From: Alphaproteobacteria bacterium
GTDB taxonomy: Bacteria > Pseudomonadota > Alphaproteobacteria > CALKHQ01
Reading direction: 5' to 3'
Assembly (NCBI GenBank): GCA_965227515.1
Contig: CBDDFZ010000002.1
Location: forward strand, 160,001 to 224,000
Length of the DNA stretch: 64,000 nucleotides
The notes beneath the pieces were generated by a model. It was not told the origin of the DNA, searched no databases, and saw only the letters and a program-made list of their open reading frames with translations. Numbering within the stretch: position 1 is the first letter of the stretch; every line of letters begins with the position of its first letter. Below are positions 56,659-64,000 of this stretch, in pieces. Position numbers and translations under genes: made by a program.

Positions 56659-56739
56659 GCGGATATCCGTGCCAGAACGAGGACTTGGCATTCTCGCCCT
56701 GGTGGCTGCTGGGTTTAGACTTCTCACAAACAGACTACT

Positions 56740-56916
56740 GTCATCCTCGCCCTTGTGGCGAGGATCCATTTGTGTCCGAAATACCAACGGGTTACAGGAT
56801 TCACGCCAGTCAGTGGCGGGCAGCAGATAGATACCGAAACGCCCAGGCGTCCAGCACATCAGGCGCGTCTCGTTCCCTGCTCATCCATGGGTCCTCGCCA
56901 CAAGGGCGAGGACGAC
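56740..56916. repeat. REP-like inverted doublet (REPIN-like)
   Basis: GTCATCCTCGCCCTTGTGGCGAGGATCCAT (56740-56769) and ATGGGTCCTCGCCACAAGGGCGAGGACGAC (56887-56916, exact reverse complement of 47641-47670). Confidence 0.85.
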
Positions 56917-56984
56917 GAATGGTTGTTGTTTCCGAGAACGATCTGGGGATCGATCGGCGCAGCGGTGGATAACGCCCGCCGGTC

Positions 56985-57767
56985 CTAACCCTGATCGGCG
57001 CCGGCGACGAACCCGCCCCCGTCGATGACCACCGCCTGGCCGGTGATGAACGACGCGGCGTCGGACGACAGGAACAGCACAAGCTGGGCGATCTCCGACG
57101 GGTCGCTGATCCGGCCCATCGGGATCATCGGCAGCACCACGTCGCGCGCGCCCTGCTCGCTGCCGAACATATCGGTCAGCAGCGGCGTCATCACCGAGCC
57201 CGGCGCGATGGCGTTGACGCGGATGTTCTTGCGCGCCACCTCCAGCGCCACCGAGTTGGTCAGCCCGATCACGCCCCACTTGCTGGCGCAATAGACGGCG
57301 GTGGTGGCGAAGCCCATCACCCCGAACAGCGACGACGTGTTCACGATGGCGCCGCCGCCCTTGGCGATCATGTGCGGCACCTGGTGCTTCAGGCCGTTGA
57401 AGATGCCCTTCAGGTTGATGTCCATCATGAAGTCGTACTCGGCGTTGTCCAGGTCCTGGACAGGGGCCGCCTTGCCCGAAACGCCGGCATTGTTGAACGC
57501 CACGTCGATGCGGCCGAAGCGGTCGAACGCGTTCTGGTGCAGCCGCGCCATGGCGGCGGTGTCGCGGACGTCGGCCTCCTCGAATGCGGCCTCGACGCCC
57601 AGGTCACTGAGCTCGGCGGCCAGGCTCTCGCCCTTGTCCTGCCCGATGCCGGACGCATAGACGTTCGCCCCGGCTTGCGCGAAGGCGAGCGCCGTCGCGC
57701 GGCCTATGCCGGTGGTGGCGCCGATCACCAGCACGCCCTTGCCGGAGAAATCGTACTTGACCTGCAT
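56985..57767 (-). CDS. SDR family oxidoreductase
   Basis: IGATTGIG, NNAG, YCASK, NAIAPG, ITGQ..DGG; GGAGG RBS. Confidence 0.92.
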   Translation of the reverse strand: MQVKYDFSGKGVLVIGATTGIGRATALAFAQAGANVYASGIGQDKGESLAAELSDLGVEAAFEEADVRDTAAMARLHQNAFDRFGRIDVAFNNAGVSGKAAPVQDLDNAEYDFMMDINLKGIFNGLKHQVPHMIAKGGGAIVNTSSLFGVMGFATTAVYCASKWGVIGLTNSVALEVARKNIRVNAIAPGSVMTPLLTDMFGSEQGARDVVLPMIPMGRISDPSEIAQLVLFLSSDAASFITGQAVVIDGGGFVAGADQG

Positions 57768-57844
57768 CTGATGCTCCTCCCCTGCGGTCCCGTTGGCGCG
57801 GCACCGCACAGCGGTGCGCACATCCGGTCCAGATAGCGCGATTG

Positions 57845-57858
57845 TGGTACCGCTAACA
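57845..57858. promoter_or_regulatory. LacI-type operator (degenerate)
   Basis: TGGTACCGCTAACA. Confidence 0.6.
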
Positions 57859-58157
57859 AGAGCGTTTGGCCCGGCTGGCGGCCGCAAGCCGCGCGATCCG
57901 GGGCTGGTTCGCGCGCGCACGGCGGGTTGCTGGTGGGTTGCCGGCGGGCCGTCCGGGCCGTTGCCGCGATTGCGGCCCGGCAATCCGCCAACAAGGGCGG
58001 CGTGGCGGCCAGCCTGTTGTTTTGATGCAGAAAATCGGCGCGGGCGGCGACAGGGATGGTTTACCGCAGCGCAAGGATCACGGGCAGTCGCGCGGTGCCG
58101 CCGCGTCGGGGCGCTTCGCCACGACAGACACCTTGCCAGCCATGCGAAACTGCGTCA

Positions 58158-58171
58158 TGATACCGGTACCA
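58158..58171. promoter_or_regulatory. LacI-type operator
   Basis: TGATACCGGTACCA. Confidence 0.7.
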
Positions 58172-58461
58172 AGCATGGCAGCCCGTGTGTCTTCGCCAAT
58201 TGCCGCGGGCCGCCGCCGAGTGAGGGTTTGGACGAGTGAGGTTTGCGGCGGGTGAGGTTCGAATGGAGTGCGCCGGGGGAACCGTGCCGGACCGATCGCG
58301 AGTGCCTGAACAACACGGACTGCCTGAATCACGCTGAATGCACGACGCTGAATGAACGACACCGACTGAACGACACCTATTGAACAAGCCGGGCGTGCGC
58401 CGTTGCAGACGATCAAGTGGCGCATCGCCCGATCGGAACCAAACAGGGGGAGGAACCCGAT

Positions 58462-59400
58462 ATGAACAAACTGCTGCTCGCCACGGTGGCGGTCGGCGCG
58501 ACGGTCGCAGCGACCGCCGCTTCGGCACAGGACGAAAAGACGCTCGGTATCGTGGCGCTGCTCGCCAACGATGCGTTGAACATCGCCGTCATCAATGGCG
58601 CGACCGAGGTCGCGGAGGCCAATGGCTGGACGGTCAATGTGATCGACACCCAGGCCAGCGCCGACCAGGCAAATGCCGCCATGAACACCTTTGTGGCCCA
58701 GGGCGTCGACGCGATCTTCACCCTGGCCTACGCGTCGACATCGCTCGGCTCCGGCATCGCCGCGGCGCGCGAGGCGGAAATCCCGGTGGCCGCCTGGGGC
58801 GGCGAGATCGTCGACGGTATCGTGGTCACCACCAGCGGCCAGCAGGTCGGCGACGATTCGGTGAACTACCTGCTCGAGGTCGTCGGCGACACCGCCAACA
58901 TCCTGGCTCTGACCTTCCACCCCGGCAAGCTGTGCATCGACCGCGGCGTCGGCTTCGATGAAGGCATCGCCGGCATGGAGGGCATCGACGTCGAATATGC
59001 CGAGGTCGTCGTGCCCGGCCAGGTGCAGTTCGGCAACGCCACCGCGGCGGCATGGCTGACCGCGCACCCCGGCACCGACGGTGTGCCGCTGGCGATCTGG
59101 TCGTGCTGGGACGAGCCGACCACCGGTGCCGTGGCCGCCCTTCGCCAGGCCGGCCGCACCGACGTGACGACGGTTTCGATCAATGGCAGCCTGCAGGCGC
59201 TAGACCTGGTCAAGAATGGCTACATGACCGCCACGGTGTGGCAGCCCGCCCACGAAGAGGGCAAGCAGGTCATGGAAGCGATCCTGGAGGCGATCGAGGC
59301 TGGTGACGCCTGGGAGCCGAAGGTGATCTCGATCCCCGGCGTGGTGGTCACCCAGGACAATGTGGAGCAGTTCCTGGCAGAACACCCGGATGGCATGTGA
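58462..59400 (+). CDS. Sugar ABC substrate-binding protein
   Basis: Signal peptide MNKLLLATVAVGATVAATAASA, QGVDAI, ATVWQP; GGAGG RBS. Confidence 0.9.
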   Translation: MNKLLLATVAVGATVAATAASAQDEKTLGIVALLANDALNIAVINGATEVAEANGWTVNVIDTQASADQANAAMNTFVAQGVDAIFTLAYASTSLGSGIAAAREAEIPVAAWGGEIVDGIVVTTSGQQVGDDSVNYLLEVVGDTANILALTFHPGKLCIDRGVGFDEGIAGMEGIDVEYAEVVVPGQVQFGNATAAAWLTAHPGTDGVPLAIWSCWDEPTTGAVAALRQAGRTDVTTVSINGSLQALDLVKNGYMTATVWQPAHEEGKQVMEAILEAIEAGDAWEPKVISIPGVVVTQDNVEQFLAEHPDGM

Positions 59401-59413
59401 CACATCGGTGGAG

Positions 59414-60970
59414 ATGACGACGCCGGGGGAGGGTGCGCCTTCCCCCGGTGCCTGGATGCAAATCCGAGGACTGACCAAACACTTCGCCGGTGAGCTGGCC
59501 CTGGACAGCGTCGACCTGGATGTCGAGCGCGGCAAGGTCCACGGGCTGGTCGGCGCTAACGGTGCCGGCAAGTCCACACTGATCCGCTGCCTCGCCGGGG
59601 TCACCGTGCCCAACCGCGGCAGCATCAGCATCGGTGGCGAAGAGTTGCACAAGGGCTCGCCCCACGCGTCCGAGCGTGCGGGCCTTGCCTTCATCCACCA
59701 GGAATTGAACCTGATCCCGCAATTCAGCGCGCTGCAGAACATGCTGCTCGGCGTGCCGAAGGTGACGCGGTTCGGGCTGATCGACTGGCGGCGCTCCGGC
59801 GTCGGGCCGCGCGCGGCGGCCGAACGGGTGGGCATCCGCTTCCCGCTGGAAACCCGCGTTTCCGACCTCACGGTCGCCGAGCGCTGGCTGGTGATGATCG
59901 GCAAGGCGCTGGCCCGCGACGCCGCGATGATCGCGATGGACGAGCCGACGGCATCGCTCTCCGGGCCGGAAAGCGAGCAACTGTTCTCGATCATCCGCGA
60001 TCTGTCGGCGCAAGGCGTGGCGATCCTCTATGTCTCGCACCGGCTGGAGGAGGTGCTCGACCTCTGCGACCGGATCACGGTGCTGCGCGACGGCCGTATC
60101 GTGGCCGAGGAGGAGCGGGGCGCGCTCGACAAGAAGGGCCTGGTGCGGGCGATCATCGGCCATGACGTGGCGAGCGTGCACGACACCGACCGATTCGCGG
60201 CGGACCGCGCCCAGCCGCCGGTGTTTTCCGCCCGCAACGTGTCGTGGAAGACCAGGGTCAGGAACGTCAGCTTCGATCTCTACCGTGGCGAGGTGCTGGC
60301 GCTGGGCGGCCTGGTCGGCGCCGGCCGCACCGAGCTCGCCCATCTCGCCGCCGGCGTCACCCGCCCCGACAGCGGGCATTTCGAGCTTGGCGGCGAGGTG
60401 CTGCGCGTGTCCGGCGAGGCCCAGGCGATCGATGCCGGCATCGCCCTGGTGCCGGAGGAACGCCGCTCCCAGGGCCTGATGCTGCAGCAAACGGTGGGCT
60501 TCAACATCAACGTGGCGACGCTGCGCCAGATCCGCGCGGTGCCGGGCCTGCCGTTCGTGTCGACGCAAAAGGCGCGGCGCCAGGCCGAGCGGCTGATCGG
60601 CGAGCTTGGCATCAAGACGCCGTCGGCCCTGGTCAAGATCGCCGGCCTTTCCGGCGGCAACCAGCAGAAGGCGCTGATCGCGCGCTGGCTGCCGGCCGGC
60701 ATGCGCCTGTTGATCCTCGACGAGCCGTCGCGCGGCGTCGATGTCGGCGCGCGCGAGGAAATCCACGCCGCGATCCGCGAGCTGGCACGCTCGGGCGTCG
60801 GCATGCTGGTGATCTCCTCCGACGTGGAGGAACTGGCGCTGCTGGCCGACCGGGTGCTGGTGATGCGCGAGGGCCGGATCACCGGCGAGCTGACCGGCGG
60901 CGACATCACCGAGGCGGCGATCATCGAACTCAGCTATCACGACGGACAGGACGACGGAGACAACGCCTAA
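59414..60970 (+). CDS. Sugar ABC ATP-binding protein (double NBD); start 59414 or 59456
   Basis: GANGAGKS, MDEPTASL, PEER, LSGGNQQK. Confidence 0.88.
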   Translation: MTTPGEGAPSPGAWMQIRGLTKHFAGELALDSVDLDVERGKVHGLVGANGAGKSTLIRCLAGVTVPNRGSISIGGEELHKGSPHASERAGLAFIHQELNLIPQFSALQNMLLGVPKVTRFGLIDWRRSGVGPRAAAERVGIRFPLETRVSDLTVAERWLVMIGKALARDAAMIAMDEPTASLSGPESEQLFSIIRDLSAQGVAILYVSHRLEEVLDLCDRITVLRDGRIVAEEERGALDKKGLVRAIIGHDVASVHDTDRFAADRAQPPVFSARNVSWKTRVRNVSFDLYRGEVLALGGLVGAGRTELAHLAAGVTRPDSGHFELGGEVLRVSGEAQAIDAGIALVPEERRSQGLMLQQTVGFNINVATLRQIRAVPGLPFVSTQKARRQAERLIGELGIKTPSALVKIAGLSGGNQQKALIARWLPAGMRLLILDEPSRGVDVGAREEIHAAIRELARSGVGMLVISSDVEELALLADRVLVMREGRITGELTGGDITEAAIIELSYHDGQDDGDNA

Positions 60971-61980
60971 TGGCCGAACAGGAATTGACCGCGCAGGAAG
61001 GCGCTGAACTGCAGGGGTCGTCGGGGCTGCGCACCGCGCTGATCGTGCTGTCGCGCTACGGCACCATCTTCGGGCTGCTGCTGATGATCCTGATCTTCGG
61101 CATCATGGCGCCGGACATCTTTCTGTCGCGCGCGAACCTGATCAACATCCTGAGCCAGGCATCGCTGACCGCGATCATCGCCTGCGGGCTGACCTATACG
61201 CTGGTGGTGGGCGAGTTCGATCTGAGCATCGGGTTCGTGGCGAGCTTCGTGGGTCTGATCGTCACCGGCCTGATGGCGCACGAGGGGCTGCCGATCTGGC
61301 TCAGCATCATCGTGGCGCTGATGGTTGGCAGCGGCATCGGCGGCATCAACGGTATCCTGGTCACCAAGATCCGCATCAACGCCGTGATCACCACGCTGGG
61401 CATCGGCACCATGCTGACCGGCCTCGGCTTCACCTACAGCCAGTTTCCGATCGCGTCCGGCATTCCGTTCGAGTTCACCGATATCGCGCTCAGCCGCCCG
61501 ATCCTGGACCTGCCGAGCCCGGTGCTGATCATGGCGCTGGTTCTGGTGGTGCTGTGGATCATCCTGAACAAGACCGACTTCGGCCAGCGCATGCAGGCGG
61601 TCGGCGCCAATATCGAGGCGGCGCGCCTGTCCGGCATTCGTGTCGACCTAGTGAAGATCCTGGCGTTCTGCACCGCCGGCTTCTGCGCCGCCCTGACCGG
61701 CATCCTGCTGTCGGCGCTGCTGGGCAGCGGCACGCTGGGCGCGGCAGACGGCTATCTGCTCGATGCCTTCGCGGCGGTCTTTCTGGGATCGGCGACCCTG
61801 AAGGAAGGCGAGTTCCACATCGTCGGCACCCTGATCGGGGTGCTGATCCTGGCCGTGGGCTTCAACGGGCTTTCCATCTTCGGCGCGCCGACCCACTTCC
61901 AGCCGATCTTCAAGGGCGGGATCCTGATCCTGGCGGTCGGCATGTCGGCCCTGGCCCGGCGCTACGCCGCCAATTTATGA
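60970..61980 (+). CDS. Sugar ABC permease
   Basis: TAATG overlap; GEFDLSIG, FGQRM.AVG.N.EAARLSGI, AAVFLG. Confidence 0.9.
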   Translation: MAEQELTAQEGAELQGSSGLRTALIVLSRYGTIFGLLLMILIFGIMAPDIFLSRANLINILSQASLTAIIACGLTYTLVVGEFDLSIGFVASFVGLIVTGLMAHEGLPIWLSIIVALMVGSGIGGINGILVTKIRINAVITTLGIGTMLTGLGFTYSQFPIASGIPFEFTDIALSRPILDLPSPVLIMALVLVVLWIILNKTDFGQRMQAVGANIEAARLSGIRVDLVKILAFCTAGFCAALTGILLSALLGSGTLGAADGYLLDAFAAVFLGSATLKEGEFHIVGTLIGVLILAVGFNGLSIFGAPTHFQPIFKGGILILAVGMSALARRYAANL

Positions 61981-62039
61981 CGCCTGCCGCGTGATCACAC
62001 CGGCGGCCCGCCATGCCCGCCGGATGGTCCGCGAATCCT

Positions 62040-62090
62040 TGACGTTCACGCCGTGAATTTGAGCTTGACCCTGACGTTCACGTGGTGAAT
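62040..62090. promoter_or_regulatory. Tandem palindromic binding-site candidates
   Basis: TGACGTTCACGCCGTGAAT (62040) and TGACGTTCACGTGGTGAAT (62072), each containing TTCAC-N3-GTGAA. Confidence 0.55.
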
Positions 62091-62330
62091 GATCCGCGCG
62101 ATTCCGGCACCGTCAGTGGTGCCCGAATCGTTGCGGAAATCACCAAGGCAGGGCGACGCGCGCGGCAAAAAGCGCCTTCACCCGGCCTGCGGTAGCGTGC
62201 CCGGATGCCGGGATTCGCAGCCGCCGGATCCCCATCTCCCATGACCCTCGGATCACGCTTTCATATGCTGGCAAGGCCATGCCGCACGGCTGCGCACGTG
62301 GCGCCGACCGCGCCGGAGGGGTGCTAGGCG

Positions 62331-64000
62331 ATGTGCGGCATTGCCGGCGCAATTGGGCCGGGTGCAATCGACGCCGCTCCCATGCCGGCGGACCGGCAGC
62401 AGGCGGCTCTTGATGCCCTGGCGCGGCGTGGCCCCGACGCTTCGGGGGCATGGGGCGGGACGGTCGGCGGCATGTCGGTGACGCTGCTGCACACGCGGCT
62501 CGCGATCATCGACCTCGACCCCCGGGCCAACCAGCCGTTCGCCGCCGCCGACTGCGTGCTGAGCTACAATGGCGAGGTCTACAACTACCGTGAGCTGCGC
62601 GCCGAGCTGGAGGCGTTGGGGCATGGCTTCCAGACCGACAGCGACACCGAGGTGGTGGTCCGCGCCTACCGCCAGTGGGGCACGGCCGCCCTCGGCCGCA
62701 TGGACGGGATGTGGGCGTTCGCCCTCGCCGACCTGCGCGATGGCACCGTGCTGCTCAGCCGCGACCGCTTCGGCGAGAAGCCGCTGTTCTGGTGGCGCCA
62801 TGGCGGCACGCTCTACTTCGCGTCCGAGGTGAAGGCGCTGGTGGCGATGGCGGGCGCCCGTCCCCCGGTCAATGCCACCATGGTCCGCCGCTATCTGGTC
62901 AATGGCTACAAGGCGGTGCACAAGTCGGCCGAGACCTGGTTCCAGGGTGTGCATGCGTTGCCGGCCGCCACCTATGCGGTGCTGGACGGCGCCGGCGCGC
63001 CCGCGCCGCAGCGCTACTGGTCGCTGGCATTCACGCCCACGGCCATGAGCATGGACGATGCGGTGGCGGAAACCCGCCGCCATATGGTCCACGCGGTAGA
63101 CACCCGGCTGCGCGCCGACGTGCCGGTCGCGTTCTGCCTGTCGGGCGGGATCGATTCCTCCGCGCTGGCGAGCCTTGCGGCCAAGCACCTGGGCCGGCAG
63201 GTGGCCGCGTTCTCGATCCTGGACCGCGACGAGCGCTATGACGAGCGCACCAACATGACGGCGACGGTCGAGGACATCGGCTGCGACTGGCACCCGATCG
63301 AGACCACGACCGAGGGGTTTCTCGACGCGCTGGCCGAGCTGGTCGGCTATCACGACGCCCCGGTGGCGACCATCAGCTACTACGTCCACGCCTTCCTTTC
63401 GCGTGCGATCCGCGAGGCCGGCTTCAAGGTGGCGATCTCCGGCACCGCGGCCGACGAGATCTTCACCGGCTACTATGACCATTACGGCTTCTGGCTGGCG
63501 GCGATGGCCGACCGGCCGGAGGCCGATGCACTGGTCGCAGACTGGCGGCGGAGCTACGGCGCCCATGTCCGAAACCCGGTGCTGCAGGACCCGATGACGT
63601 TCCGCGACCGCCCGGACGAGCGAGGCCACATCTACCTCAACCGCGATCTGTTCAACGGCTGGATGACCGAAGAACTGGACGAGGATTTCGCCGAGGAGGC
63701 ATACGCCGACGACCTGTTGCGCCGGCGGATGATGAACGAGCTGTTCCATGAATCGGTGCCGGTGCTGCTGGCCGAGGACGACGCCAATTCCATGCGCTGG
63801 TCGGTGGAGAACCGTTCGCCCTATCTGGCGCGTGGGCTGGTGGAGTTCCTCTACACCGTGCCCGGCGAGCACCTGATCCACGACGGCTACCCGAAATGGC
63901 TGCTGCGCGCGGCGGTGCCGGAGATGAACGAGACCGTGCGCGGCGACCGGCAGAAGCGCGGCTTCAATGCCTCGATCGACTCCCTGCTCGACCGCAAGGA
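62331..64000 (+). CDS. asnB: Asparagine synthase (glutamine-hydrolysing)-family amidotransferase; 3' end lies outside the window
   Basis: MCGIAG N-terminal Cys, RGPD, RLAIIDL, YNGEVYNY, RDRFGEKPL, LSGGIDSS, SVENRSPYL; GGAGG RBS. Confidence 0.9.
   Translation, partial: MCGIAGAIGPGAIDAAPMPADRQQAALDALARRGPDASGAWGGTVGGMSVTLLHTRLAIIDLDPRANQPFAAADCVLSYNGEVYNYRELRAELEALGHGFQTDSDTEVVVRAYRQWGTAALGRMDGMWAFALADLRDGTVLLSRDRFGEKPLFWWRHGGTLYFASEVKALVAMAGARPPVNATMVRRYLVNGYKAVHKSAETWFQGVHALPAATYAVLDGAGAPAPQRYWSLAFTPTAMSMDDAVAETRRHMVHAVDTRLRADVPVAFCLSGGIDSSALASLAAKHLGRQVAAFSILDRDERYDERTNMTATVEDIGCDWHPIETTTEGFLDALAELVGYHDAPVATISYYVHAFLSRAIREAGFKVAISGTAADEIFTGYYDHYGFWLAAMADRPEADALVADWRRSYGAHVRNPVLQDPMTFRDRPDERGHIYLNRDLFNGWMTEELDEDFAEEAYADDLLRRRMMNELFHESVPVLLAEDDANSMRWSVENRSPYLARGLVEFLYTVPGEHLIHDGYPKWLLRAAVPEMNETVRGDRQKRGFNASIDSLLDRK

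Noticed and set aside
47641-56916. 30-bp palindromic repeats as a CRISPR array
   Set aside because: Copies are inverted pairs 9 kb apart, not a direct-repeat/spacer array, and no cas genes are present
1-64000. rRNA, tRNA, prophage or defence genes
   Set aside because: No cloverleaf, rRNA-like, integrase, phage structural or defence motifs recognised by eye; a small ncRNA could still be missed

Overview
GC-rich, alphaproteobacterium-like accessory region made almost entirely of catabolic modules. It holds seven uptake systems (four CUT2 sugar-type ABC, one HAAT/Liv ABC, one CUT1 ABC, one TRAP), six one-component regulators (AraC, 2x LacI, 2x ROK, GntR/VanR) and many redox or hydrolytic enzymes. 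In order: (1) 1-7.1 kb, an AraC-linked KstD-like flavoprotein, an NTF2/SnoaL protein and an ABC system with a fused ATPase-permease. (2) 7.3-15.1 kb, a racemase fragment, a Liv-type ABC/GAF/amidohydrolase cassette and an internally deleted IS6. (3) 15.4-24.2 kb, a LacI module joining a sugar ABC to CoA transferase, enoyl-CoA hydratase, GMC oxidoreductase and shikimate dehydrogenase-like genes. (4) 24.2-34.7 kb, a levoglucosan-dehydrogenase-type locus whose divergent ROK regulator is translationally coupled to a signal-peptide-less paralog of the transporter's binding protein; this is the strongest candidate for an undescribed system (cytoplasmic SBP sensor plus ROK repressor). (5) 34.7-39.8 kb, a LigM/DesA-like O-demethylase with GntR and TRAP genes. 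(6) 39.9-49.4 kb, ROK plus a CUT1 ABC with a multi-hairpin leader and fused double permease, Gfo/Idh/MocA and a two-subunit GMC dehydrogenase. (7) 49.5-62 kb, a LacI regulon marked by four TGDTACCGSTAHCA operators, with two metallo-beta-lactamase-fold lactonase-like genes and a His/Cys-rich unknown protein. (8) The start of an asnB-like gene. REP-like palindromes occur at three sites. No rRNA, tRNA or CRISPR array was seen. Family calls come from motif recognition by eye, not from database searches.
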